64,000 nt of DNA from positions 15,584,001-15,648,000 of the forward strand of contig CP068257.2 in the NCBI GenBank assembly GCA_009914755.4, written 5' to 3'. The notes under the pieces were generated by a model. The model saw nothing but the letters and a program-made list of their open reading frames with translations, was not told the origin of the DNA and searched no databases. A program made the position numbers and the translations under genes. How positions within the stretch are numbered: position 1 is the first letter of the stretch; every line of letters begins with the position of its first letter. Below are positions 42,060 through 57,852 of this stretch, in pieces. Source of the stretch: the human T2T-CHM13v2.0 reference genome, Homo sapiens.

Positions 42060-43188
42060 ATGGGGAAAAAACAGAGTAGAAAAACTGGAAACTCTAAAAA
42101 TCAGAGTGCCTCTCCTCCTCCAAAGGAATGCAGCACCTCACCAGCAATGGAACAAAGCTGTACGGAGAATGACATTGACGAGTTGAGAGAAGAAGGCTTC
42201 AGACGATCAAACTACTCTGAGCTAAAGGAGGAAGTTTGAACCCATGGCAAAGAAGTTAAAAACCTTGAAAAAAAATTAGATGAATGGCTAACTAGAATCA
42301 CCAATGCACAGAAGTCCTTAAAGGACCTGATGGAGCTGAAAACCAAGACACAAGCACAAGCCTCAGTAGCCGATTCAATCAACTGGAAGAAAGAGTATCA
42401 GTGATGGAAGATCAAATCAATGAAATGAAGCAAGAAGAGAAGTTTAGAGAACAAAGAATAAAAAGAAATGAACAAAGCCTCCAAGAAATATGGGACTATG
42501 TGAAAAGACCAAATCTACGTCTGATTGGTGTACCTGAAAGTGACAGGGAGCATGGAACCAAGTTGGAAAACACTCTTCAGGATATTATCCAGGAGAACTT
42601 CCCCAATCTAGCAACGTGGCCAACATTCAAATTCAGGAAATATGGAGAACACCACAAAGATACTTCTTGAGAAGAGCAACTCCAAGACACATAATTGTCA
42701 GATTCAACATATTTGAAATGAAGAAAAAAATGTTAAGGGCAGCCAGAGAGAAAGGTCGGGTTACCCACAAAGGGAAGCCCATCAGACTAACAGCTTATCT
42801 CTCAGCAGAAACTCTACAAGCCAGAAGAGAGTGGGGGCCAATATTCAACATTCTTAAAGAATTTTCAACCCAGAATTTCATATCCAGCCAAACTAAGCTT
42901 CATAAGTGAAGGAGAAATAAAATCCTTTACAGACAAGCAAATGCTGAGAGATTTTGTCACCACCAGGCCTGCTCTAAAAGAAAAGTTTTAGAAGGAAGCA
43001 CTGGAATTTCATGTCCAGCCAAACTAAGCTTCATAAGTGAAAGGGAAATAAAATCCTTTACAGACAAGCAAATGCTGAGAGATTTTGTCACCACCAGGCC
43101 TGCCCTAAAAGAAAAGTTCCTGAAGGAAGCACTAAACATGGAAAGGAACAACCGGTACCAGCCACTGCAAAAACATGCCAAATTTTAA
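42060..43188 (+). pseudogene. L1 ORF1 remnant (contains a 131-bp tandem duplication and several stops)
   Basis: ORF1-like translation with stops (..KEEV*THGKEV.., ..EYQ*WKIKSMK*SKKRS..). The region is 131 bp longer than canonical ORF1 plus spacer because of the duplication at 42873-43134. Confidence 0.8.
42873..43134 (+). repeat. internal tandem duplication (2 x 131 bp) within L1 ORF1 C-terminal region
   Basis: Copy 1 is 42873-43003 and copy 2 is 43004-43134, both reading gaatttcat(a/g)tccagccaaactaagcttcataagtgaa(g/a)g(a/g)gaaataaaatcctttacagacaagcaaatgctgagagattttgtcaccaccaggcctgc(t/c)ctaaaagaaaagtt..., about 95% identical. 131 is not a multiple of 3. Confidence 0.85.
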
Positions 43189-43251
43189 AGACCATCAAGA
43201 CTAGGAAGAAACTGCATCAACCAATGAGCAAAATAACCAGCTAACATCATA

Positions 43252-47071
<3,820 letters not shown>

Positions 47072-48138
47072 ACAATGAGAACACGTGGACACAGGAAGGG
47101 GAACATCACACAGCAGGACCTGTTGTGGGGTGGGGGGAGGGGGAAGGGATAGCATTAGGAGATATACCTAATGTTAAATGAGGAGTTAATGGATGCAGCA
47201 CACCAGCATGGCACATGTATACATATGTAACAAACCTGCACATTGTGCAAATGTACCCTATAACTTAAAGTATAATTTTTAAAAAGTGACCACAAATCTA
47301 AAGAAAATTGTCAAAAACAACTATTTGAAGACTCCATAAATTGTCCAAAATCATGCAACAAATTGAGATGAATTTATTCAGGAAAAGCCTCCAGGAAGGA
47401 CAGTGGGAGTCTGGGGCATTTATATCGGGAGCTGCTCCCTTCCCCCACTACCTTCCAGCTTTGTTAGCATGGTAGATACTTGAAGGTAGGACAAGCTGTG
47501 AAAAATAGCAGCTTTGCTGTTGGAGGGGGGATCACTTAGTTTGAAGTGGAGCACCAAGCAACTCTATGTCCGGGGGCATTATTGAAAATAGTCGCAATCT
47601 CTGTGGCAAACAAATAGGGAAGGTCAACCACATAGCTATCCTAAGCTTGAGGTCCTAGCCAGAGCAAGCAACAAAGTGGCAAACTAGCTAGAAAATGAAC
47701 AAGAAGAGTGGGGAATGAGATGATATTATTGGGACTTGATAAGTTCCTCTCTGTCTCTGGAAATTTGGAAGGCTGCACAGATGCACATGTGTAGGAGAAA
47801 CCAGAAAGGGCCCTAGCCATCCATTCATCCCTGACTGAATATGAAATCTTGTGAATGCACAGAAGAAATGTGAGAGGTCCTAAAAGAAAGCAAAAGCTGA
47901 AACTGACTTGTGAACTGCCTGAATTTTGAATATGTTCCCAAACATACAGTCAAGTCAATGCAAAGAGGGTGAAAATATTACTGGGTCAAGGTAGTTGAGC
48001 ATGTTTCCTGAACAATCATTGGCTAACCACTAAGCTATGCTGTCACAAGGGTGAACCCCTAAGAGGCTACCGTTAAGAATGCTAAAAAGATTATTTAAAA
48101 AAAAAAAGAAAAGAAAAACTGAGTAGAAACATCAGAGA

Positions 48139-48200
48139 ATGCATTCTGTCAAAAAAAAGAAAAAGAAAAAAGAAAGAAAGAAAGAAAGAAAACGAAAAAA
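48139..48200. repeat. A-rich / (GAAA)n simple repeat
   Basis: aaaaaaaagaaaaagaaaaaagaaagaaagaaagaaagaaaacgaaaaaag. Confidence 0.6.
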
Positions 48201-48404
48201 GACTCCACATGTTTGGTCCTGGAAAATTACTAAACACAGACACCAGCAACAACAATCTACAACAACAAAAAAAATCAGAATCCAGAGTTGCAACAATACA
48301 TTATGTGTAACTAGACATATGCCTAGTTATAAGAACAAAAAAAATACAGACATGTAAAGAAACAAGAAAAGGTGCCCCAAACAAATGGGGTGAAAAGGCA
48401 GTCA

Positions 48405-51400
48405 GGAAGAGAGGCAGAGTAAGATGGCAGAATAGAAAGTTCCACCAACTGTTCCCCCATAAGGACACCAATTTAACTATCGACACAGAAGGAAAAAAAT
48501 ACCTTTATAAGAACCAAAAATCAGGTGAGCCCTCATAGTACTTGGTTTTAACTATGTAATGATGAAAAACACACTGAAGAGACAGAAAAAACAATCTTGA
48601 ATCTCCAATGCCAGCCCCCCACACCACAACCCTGGGAGCAGTGGCATGGTGCAGACAGCATCTCTGGGTGCTGGGGAAGCACAGCAATTGTGAGGCATTG
48701 GCCTCAGTGCTGTCCTGTTAGAGCAGAAAGGGAAACTGGACCAAACTCAGCTGACACTCACCCAGGAAGGGAACATTTAACCAGCACTAGCCAGAGAGGA
48801 ATTGCCAATCCCAGCGGTCCCAATTTGAGTTCCTGCAAACCTTGGCACTTAAGGCCAAAGTGCTCTGTGTCTCCAAATAAACTTGAAAGGTAGCCTAGGC
48901 CATAAGGACTGAAAGTCTTAGGTGAGTTCTAGGGCTTAACTGGGCCCAGAAGACGATGGACTTTGGGGGCACATGACGTACTGAGACATCAGCTGGGACA
49001 GCCAAGAGAGCGTTGACATCACCCCTTCTCTAACCCCAGGATGCACAGCTCACAGCTCGAAAATAGTCCCCATCCTTCCACTTGAAGAGAAGAGAGGAAG
49101 AGTGTGGGTGACTTTGTCTTGCATTTTGGATGCTAGCTCAGCCACAGCAGGATGGGGCACTAGTTAGAGTTGTAAGTCCTTTGATACAGGCCTTAGCTCC
49201 CAGACCACATTTCTAGACACGGCCTGAGCCAGAAAATAAATCCTCTGCCTTGAAGTCAAGAAACAAGTCCTGACAACATTTATCACCTAACTGAAGAACC
49301 GTTGGGCCCTGAACAACCAGATCTACACCCAGATACTGTCAAGGGCCTTGGGTGAGCCTCTGAGGCTTACTGGCTTTAGGTGAGATTCAACATATTACCA
49401 GCAGTGGTGGTGAAGGGATGAAATTCCTTCTACTTGAGAAAAGCAGAGGAAAAAGTAAAGGAGACTTTGTCTTGCACCTCAGGTACTAACTCAACCACGG
49501 CAGGGTAGAGCACCAAGCAGGCTCCTGGGGGTGTGGGGGGGGGGGGTCCCCGATTTCAGCACTGGATTCTCGGACAGCATCTCTGGACCTGCCCTGGGCT
49601 GGAGGGGAGCTTCCTGCCCTAAAGGTTGAGTCCCAGGCCAGGGAAAATTCACAATAAGCTGACTTAACCCTTGAGCTTTAAGGAAATATCAGTGGTGTCT
49701 GGCAGAATGCTTGATGGGACTGTGGTGGGAGAGGCTTCTCTGCCTTTGGGAAAAAAAGGGAAGAGTGGGAAGCACTGTGTCTTGTGGTTTGAGTGCCACC
49801 TTAGGTGCAGTACAATAGAACACCAGGTAGACTTCTAAGCTTTTTGCCTCTAGACCCCAACTCCAAGGTGGCATCTCTGGACCCACCTTAGGCCTGGGGA
49901 AAGTCACCACCTTTAATGGAAGAACAGATGCCTGGCTGACTCTGCCACCTGCTGATTGTATAACCCCAGAACCTTGAGCAAACAAAGGCAGTACACAGGA
50001 AATGGATACAGGTGGCCTTGGGGGAGAACCAGTGTTGTGCTGGCTTCAGGTCTGACTCAGTGCAGTCATAGTGATGGTGGCTTGTGTCATTCCATCTCCA
50101 GCTTTAGACGGCTCAGAACAGGGAGACATACTCTGTTAGGAAGAAAGGGAAGAGAATAGGAGTCTCTGCCTGGTAATCCAGAGAATCCTGCTGAATCTTG
50201 TATAAGACCATTAAAGCAATATCTCTATGAGTCTGCAAGAACTACAGCATTACTGGCTTGGAATGCCCCCATAAAACAGATAAAGTTTAGATCATAACAC
50301 CCAAGTCCTTTCAAATATTTTGAAAACCTGCCCAATAAGGAAGGGTACAAACAATTCCAGACTGAGAAGACTACAATGAATACATAACTCTTCAATACTC
50401 AGACACAGAGAAACCTCTGCAGGTATCAAGGCATTCCAGGAAAGCATGACATCACCAAATGAACTAAATAAGTCACCAGGAATGAATACTGGAGAAACAG
50501 AGATATGTGACCTTTTAGACACAGGATTCATAATGGCCTTTTTAAGGACACTCAAATAAATTCAAGATAACACAAAGAAGGAATTAAGAATTCTATCAGA
50601 AAAATTTAACAGAGATTAAAATAATTTGAAAGAATCAAGCAGAAGTTCTGGAGCTGAAAAATGCAATTGGCACACTGAAGAATGTACTAGAGTCCTTTAG
50701 TAGCAGAATTGATCAAGCAGAAAGAAGAATTAGTGAGCCTGAAGACAATTTATTTGAAAACACACAGGGGAGAAAAAAGGAAAAAAGAATGAACAATAAA
50801 GCACACCTACAGGAAGGAAAGAAAGAAGAATACACCACAAAAAAACCAGAAAACACATTTAAAAAATGGCAGAAGTAAGTCCTTACTTATCAATAATAAC
50901 ATTGAATGTAAGTGGATTAAATCCTTTAATCAAAAGACATAGACTGAATGAAAAAAAAGACTGAATGAATGAAAAAACAAGACCCATTGATCTGTTGCCA
51001 TCAAGAAATACATTTCACCCATCAAGACACACATAGACTAAAAATAAAGGGATGGAAAAAGATATTTCATAGCTAAAAAAAAGAACATGAGTAGCTATAA
51101 TTATCTTAGATAAAATAGATTTTGAGACAAAACTATAAGAGAAAAATGTCACTATACAATAATAAAGTGGCAAATTCAACAAGAGAATATAACAACTTTA
51201 AATATATATGTACCCAACATTAGAGAACCTATATGTATAAAGAAAATATTATTAGAGCTAAAGAGAGATGGGCCCCAATACAATAATAGCTGGAGATTTC
51301 AACACTCCACTTTCAGCATTGAACAGATCTTCCAGATACAAAATCAACAAAGAAACGTCATACTCAGTCTTCACTAAAGACCAAATGGGTCTAATAGATA

Positions 51401-51716
51401 TTTACAGAACATTTCATTCAGTGGCTGCAGAATACACATTTTTTCTCAGCACATGAATTATTCTCAAAAAACAGGCCATATGTTAGGTCACAAAACAAGG
51501 TTTAAAACTCACAATGAAATAAAATTAGAAATTGATAACAAGAGGAATTTTGGAAACTGTACAAATACATGGATATAAACCAATGCATTCCTGAATGTCC
51601 AGTGAATCAATAAAGAAATCAAGAAAGAAACTAAAAAATGTCTTGAAACAGATGATAATGGAAACACAACATCCTAAACCTATGATCAGGGATACAGCAA
51701 AAGCAATATTAAGACT
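48405..51716 (+). mobile_element. older LINE-1 (L1PB/L1MA-like): long 5'UTR, internally deleted ORF1, ORF2 endonuclease region; interrupted at 3' side by THE1 sequence
   Basis: Starts ..gcagagtaagatggcagaatagaaagttccacc, analogous to the L1 5' start ..gccaagatggccgaataggaacagctcc. The ~2.1-kb 5'UTR has three diverged ~330-bp tandem units beginning cttgaRgagaagagaggaagagtg..gactttgtcttgca at ~49075, ~49432 and ~49745. ORF1 coiled-coil remnant at 50640-50800 (ELKNAIGTLKNVLESFSSRIDQAEERISEPEDNLFENTQGEKKEKRMN). ORF2 start at ~50866 (MAEVSPYLSIITLNVSGLNPLIKRHRLNE...ETHFTHQDTHRLKIKGWKKIFHS) through the EN domain (GDFNTPLSALNRSSRYKINKETSYSVFTKDQMGLIDIYRTFHSVAAEYTFFLST...NGNTTS.TYDQGYSKSNI) to 51716. 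Confidence 0.55.
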
Positions 51717-52853
51717 CTGTCTTTTGTAAATAGCCCAGTCTTGAGTATGTTTTTATTAGCAGAATGAAAATGGACTAATACAGTGAATTGCTGCTGGTAG
51801 AGTGGGGCATTGCTAAAAAGGTACCCAAAAATGTAGAAGCAAATTTGGAACTTGGTAACAGGAAGAGGTTGGAACAGTTTGGATGGCTCAGAAGAAGACT
51901 GGAAAATGTGGGAAAGTTTGGAACTTCCTACAGACTTGTTGAATGGCTTTGCCCAAAATGCTGATAGTGATATGGACAATAAAATCCAGGCTGAGGTGGT
52001 CCCAGATGAACAAGAGGAATTTGTTGGAAACTGGAGCAAAAGTGACTCATGTTACAGCAAAGAGACTGGTGGCATTTTGCTCCTACCCTAGAGATTTGAG
52101 AAACTTTGAACTTGAGAGAAATGATTTTGGGTATCTGGTAGAAGAAATGTCTAAGCAGAAAAGCATTTAAGAGGTGACTTGGGTGCTGTTAAAGGCATTC
52201 AGCTTTGTAAGGGAAGCAGAGCATATAAGTTCAGAAAATTTACAGCCTGACAATGTGATAGAAAAAAAAAGTCCTATTTTCTGAGGCGAAATTCAAGCCA
52301 GCTGCAGATATTTGCATAAGTAATGAGAATCTGAACGTTAATTCCCAAGACAATGGGGAAAATGTCTCCAGGGCATATCAGAGGTCTTCACAGCAGCCCT
52401 GGAAGCCAAGGAAGAAAAGATGACTTCATGGACCAGGCTAAGAGTCCCAGTGCTGGGTGCAGTCTAGGGACTTGGTGCCCTGCATCCCAGCTGCTCCAGC
52501 TGTGACTAAAAGGGGCCAAGCTACAGTTCAGGCCATGGCTTTAGAGGGTTGAAGCCCCATCTATTGGCAGCTTGCACATGGTGTTGAGTCTGTGGGTGCA
52601 CAGGAGTCGAGAATTAAGGTTTGGAAACCTCCACCTATATTTCAGGAGATGTATGGAAATGCCTGGATGCCCAGGCAAAAGTTTGCTGCAGGGATGGGGT
52701 GCTCATGGGGGACCTCTGCTAGGGCAGAGCAGAAGGGAAATGTGGGGATGAAGCCCCCCACACAGAGTCCCCATTGGGGCACTGCCTAGTGGAGCTGTGA
52801 GAAGAGGTCCAACATCCTTCAGACCCCAGAATGGTAGATCCACCTACAGTTTG
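51717..52853 (+). mobile_element. THE1 fragment: last ~70 bp of an LTR plus ~1.07 kb of THE1-internal sequence, truncated at both ends
   Basis: ctctgtcttttgtaaatagcccagtcttgagtatgtttttattagcagaatgaaaatggactaatacag (LTR 3' end) then tgaattgctgctggtagagtggggcattgctaaaaaggtacccaaaaatgtagaagcaaatttggaac.. It is collinear and ~85% similar to the internal region of the complete element at 17342-18410, ending at ..gaatggtagatccacctacagtttg. Confidence 0.8.
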
Positions 52854-55800
52854 GTAGACCAAGCAGAAGAAAAGATATCAGAGCTTGAATACTACCTTGA
52901 TGAGATAAGGCAGGCAGAGAAGATTAGAGGAAAAAGAAAGAAAAGGAGCAAACAAAACTGCTGAGAACTATCAGATTATGTTACAGGATGGAACCTACAA
53001 CTAATAGGGGTACCTAAAAGAGATGGAGAAAACAGAACCAAGTTGGAAACACACTTTAGAGTCATCCAGGAGAACTTCCCCAACCTAGCAAGACAGGCCA
53101 ACATTCAAATTCAGGAAATCCAGAGAACCTCAGTAAGATACACCATGAGAAAATCAATCTCAAGACACACAATCATCAGATTCTCTAAGGTCAAAATGGG
53201 AAAAAAAAAAAAAAAAAAAGCAGTTACGTGCAGCCAGAGAGAAAGGCCAGGTCACTTATAAATGGAACCCCATCAGACTAACAGCAAAATTCCCACAAGC
53301 CAAAAGGGATTGGAGGCCAATATTCAACATTCTTAAAGAAAAGAATTTCCAGCCTAGAATTTCATGTCTGGTCTAAGTTTCATAAGCAAAGGAGAAATAA
53401 AATCTTTTTTAGACAAGCAAATGCTGAGGAAATTTATTAACACCAGGACTGCCTGGCTCCTGAAGGAAGCATTAAATATGGAAAAGAAAAATCTTTACCA
53501 GCCACTACAACAACACACTGAGGTACACAAACTAATGATACTATGAAGCAACTACAGAAACAAGTCTGCAAAATAACCAGCTAGCATCATGACGACAGGT
53601 TCCAACTCACACATAACAATATTTACCTTAAATGTAAATCGGCAAAATGCCCCAATTAAAAGACACAGAATGACAAGCTGGATAAAGAGTTAAGATCCAT
53701 TGGTGTGCTGTATTCAAGAGACCCATCTCAAATGCAAACACACACATAGACTCAAAATAAAAGAATGGAGGAAAATTTACCAAGCAAATGGAAAACAGAA
53801 AAAAGCAGGGGTTGATATCCTAGTTTATGACAAAATAGACATTAAACCAACAAAGATCAAAAAAGACAAAGAAAAGAATTATATAATAAAACAGGTGTCA
53901 ATTTAACAAGAAAAGCTAACTATCATAAATATATATGCCTCCAATACAGGAGCACCCAGATTCACAAAACAAGTTCTTAGAGACCTACAAAGAGATTTAG
54001 ACTCCCACACAATAATAGTGGGTGACTTTAACACCCCACTGACAATATTATACAGAAAATTAACAATGATATTCAGGACTTGAACTCAGCTCTGGAACCA
54101 GTGGACCTGATAGATATCTACAGAACTCTCCACCCCAAAACAACAGAATATACATTATTTTTGGTGCCACATGGCACTTATTCTAAAATTGGTTACATAA
54201 TTAACAGTAAATCATTCCTCAGCCAATGAAAAAGAACTAAAATCATAACAGTCTCTCAGACCACAGTGCAATCAAATTAGAACTCAAGATTAAGAAACTC
54301 ACTCAAAACCACACAACTACATGGAAATTGAACAAACTGCTTTTGAATGACTTCTGGGTAAATAATGAAATTAAGGCAGAAATCAAGAAGTTCTTTGAAA
54401 CCAATGAGAACAAAGAGACAATGTACCAGAATCTCTGGGATGCAACTAAGGCAGTGTTAAGAGGAAATATTATAGTACTAAATGCCTATATCAAAAAGCT
54501 AGAAAGATCTCAAATCAAAACTCTAACATAACAACTAAAACCAAGAGCAAAAAAAAACACCTCAAAGCTAGCAGAAGACAAGAAATAACCAAGCTCAGAG
54601 CATAACTGAATCAGATAGAGACATGAAAAACCCTTCAAAAGAAATCAATGAATACAGAAGCTGTTTTTTTGAAAAAAAAAAAAAGACATAGACTGCTAGC
54701 TAGACTAATAAAGAAGAAAAGAGAAGAATCAAATAAACACAATAAAAACTGATAAAGGGAACATTGCCACTGATCCACAGAAATACAAACAATCCTCACA
54801 GAATACTATAAACACCTCTATGCAAATAAGCTAGAAAATCTAGAAGAAATTTATAAATTCCTGGACATATACAACCTCCCAAGACTGAACCAGGAAGAAG
54901 TCGAATCCCTGAATAGACCAATAACATGTTCTGAAATTGAGGCAGTAATAAATAACCTATGAACCAAAAAAAGCCCAGGATCAGATGGATTTACAGCCGA
55001 ATTTTACCAGAAGTACAAAGAGGACCTGACACCCTTTCTTCTGAAACTATTCCAAATAATTGAAAAGGAGAGACTCCTCCCTAACTGTTCTATGAGGCCA
55101 GAATCATCCTGATACCAAAACCTGGCAGAGACAAAACAAAAATAGAAAACTTCAGGCCAGTATCCCTAATGAACACTGATGCAAAAATTCTCAATAAAAC
55201 ACTGGTAAAGCAAATAAAGCAGTACATCAAAAAGCTTATCCAACATCATCAAGTTGGCTTCATCATTGGGATGCAAGACTGGTTCAGCATATGCAAATCA
55301 ATAAAAAAAATTCATCACATAAACAGATCTAAAGACAAAAACCACATGATTATCTCAATAGATGCACAAAAAGCCTTTGGTAAAATTCAACATCCCTTCA
55401 TGTTAAAAACTCTCAATAAACTAGGTATTAAAGGAACATACCTCAAAATAATGAGTCATTTATTACAAACCCACAGCCAATATCATACTGAATGGGCAAA
55501 ACCTGGAAGCATTCCCCTTGGAAATCAGCACAAGACAAGTATGCCCTCTCTCACTACTCCTTTTCAACACAATATTGGAAGTTCTCACCAGGGCAATCGG
55601 GCAACAGAAAGAAATAAAAGTATTCAAATAGGAAGAGAGGAAGTCAAACTGTCTCTGTTTGCAGATGACATAATCCTATATCTAGAAAACCCCATCATCT
55701 CAGGCCAAAAGCTTCTTAAGCTGATAAGCAATGCCAGCAAAGTCTCAGGATACAAAATCAATGTGCAAAAGCACAAGCATTTCTATACACCAACAACAGG

Positions 55801-57852
55801 CAAGCAGAGAGCCAAATCATGAATGAACTTCCATTCACAATTGCTACAAAGAGAATAAAATACCTAGGAATAAAGCTAACAAGGGAATTGAAGGCCCTCC
55901 TCAAGAAGAACTACAAATGACTGCTCAAGGAAATCAGAAAGGACACAAGCAGATGGAAAAGCATTCCATGCTCATGGATAGAAGAATCAATATCATGGAA
56001 ATGGCCATAGTACCCAAAATAATTTATAGATTCAATGCTATTCCCATTAAACTACCATTGATATTCTTCAGAGAATTCTTAGAAATTCTTAGAAAAAGCT
56101 ATTTTAAAATTCATATGGAACCAGAAAAGAGTTCATATAGCCAAGAAAATCCTAAGCAAAAGGAACAAAGCTGGAGGCATCATGCTACCAGACTTCAAAC
56201 TATACTACAAGGCTACAGTAACCAAAACGGCATGATATTGGTACAAAAACAGATATATAAACCAATGTGAAATAATAGAGAACTCAGAAGTAAGACCACA
56301 CATATACAACCACCTGATCTTCAACAACCCCAACAAAAACAAGCAATGGGGAAAGGATTCCCTATTTAATAAATGGTGCTGGGAGAACTGGCTAGCCGTA
56401 TGAATAAAATTGAAACTGTACCCCTTCCTTACACCTTATACAAAAATTAACTTAAGATGGGTTAAATATTTAAATATAAAACCCAAAGCTATAAAAGCAC
56501 TACAAGAAAATCTAGGCAATACCATTCAGGACATAGGCACAGGCAAAGATTTCATGACAAAATCGCCAAAAGCAATTGTGACAAAAGCAAAAGTTGACAA
56601 ATGGGATCTAATTAAACTAAAAGAGCTTCTGCACAGCAAATGAAACTATCATCTGAGTGAACAAGCAACCTAAAAAATGAGAGAAAATTTTTGAAATCTA
56701 TCAATCTGGCAAAGGTCTAATTCCAGAATCTACAAGGAACTTAAACAAATTTACAAAAAACAAAAAAAACAACCCCATCAAAAAGTGGGCAAAGGACATG
56801 AACAGAAGCTTCTCAAAATAAGACATTCCTGCAGCCAACAAACATATGAAAAAAGGCTCAACATCACTGATCATTAGAGAAGTGCAAGTCAAAATACAAT
56901 AATATACCATCTCACACCAAATAGATTGGCAATTATTAAAAAGTCAAGAAACCACAGATACTGGCAAGGTTGTAGAGAAATAGTGCAGACATAATCTGCA
57001 CTGTAGACCAAATGCATCCAATAGATATTTACAAAACATTTTATCTAAGAGCTACAGAATACATAATTTTTTCCTCAGCATATAAATCAATCTCCAGAAT
57101 AGACCATAGGTTAAGTCACAAAACAAATCTTAAAACATTTGAAATAATATCAAACATCTTCTCTAACCACAATGAAATAAAATTAGAAAATAATAGGAAT
57201 GCTTTTACACTGTTGGTGGAAATGTAAGTTAGTTCAACCATTATGAAAGACTGTGCAGGGATTCCTCAAAGATCTAGAACCAGAAATACCATTTGACCCA
57301 CCAATCCCATTACTGGGTATGTAACCCCAAATTATAAATCATTCTATTACAAAGATACATGCACACGTATATTGATTGCAGCACTATTCACAATAGCAGG
57401 GACATGGAATAACCCAAATGCCCAACAATGCTAGACTGGATTTAAAAAATATGGTACATATACACCATGGAGTATTATGCAGCCATAAAAGGAATGAGAT
57501 CATGTTCTCTGCAAGGGCATGGATGAAGCTGGAAGCCATTATCCTCAGCAAAGTAACACAGGAAAAGAAAATCAAATGCCACATATTCCCACTCATAAGT
57601 GGGAGCTGAAAGATGAGAACACATGGACACAGGGAGGGGAATAACACACACTTGGGGGGCCTGTCATGTGGTGGGGTGGGGGGAAGGAGAGCATTAGAAA
57701 AAATTGTTAATGCATGCTGGGCTTAATACCTAGGTGATGGGTTGACAGATGCAGCAAGCCACCATGGCACACATTTACCTATGTAACAAACCTGCATATT
57801 CTGCACATGTACCCCCAGAACTTAAAATAAAAATAAAATTTGTTTAAAAAAA
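52854..57852 (+). mobile_element. 5'-truncated LINE-1 (L1PB-like, ~5 kb) starting in ORF1, with ORF2, 3'UTR and poly-A; carries an ectopic EN-domain fragment
   Basis: Begins in the ORF1 coiled coil (..VDQAEEKISELEYYLDEIRQAEKIREKRKKRSKQ..LIGVPKRDGENRTKLETHFRVIQENFPNLARQANIQIQEIQRTSVRY). ORF2 start at ~53591 (MTTGSNSHITIFTLNVNRQNAPIKRHRMTSWIKS.DPLVCCIQETHLKCKHTHRLKIKEWRKIYQANGKQKKAGVDILV). RT region at 55169-55822. C-terminal ..RNAFTLLVEM.. The 3'UTR ends cccagaacttaaaataaaaataaaatttgtttaaaaaaag. Confidence 0.85.
56983..57197 (+). mobile_element. 215-bp sense-oriented L1 endonuclease-domain fragment inserted into the ORF2 C-terminal region of the 52854-57852 L1
   Basis: The flanks are exactly contiguous in L1 coordinates: ..ggttgtagagaaatag | insert | gaatgcttttacactgttggtgg (consensus ggagaaataggaacacttttacactgttggtgg). 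The insert (tgcagacataatctgcactgtagaccaaatgcatccaatagatatttacaaaacatttta...cacaatgaaataaaattagaaaataatag) encodes DQMHPIDIYKTFYLRATEYIIFSSAYKSISRIDHRLSHKTNLKTFEIISNIFSNHNEIKLENN, i.e. EN-domain residues of an older L1 lineage. A short aaatag/aatag direct repeat sits at both junctions. Confidence 0.55.
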
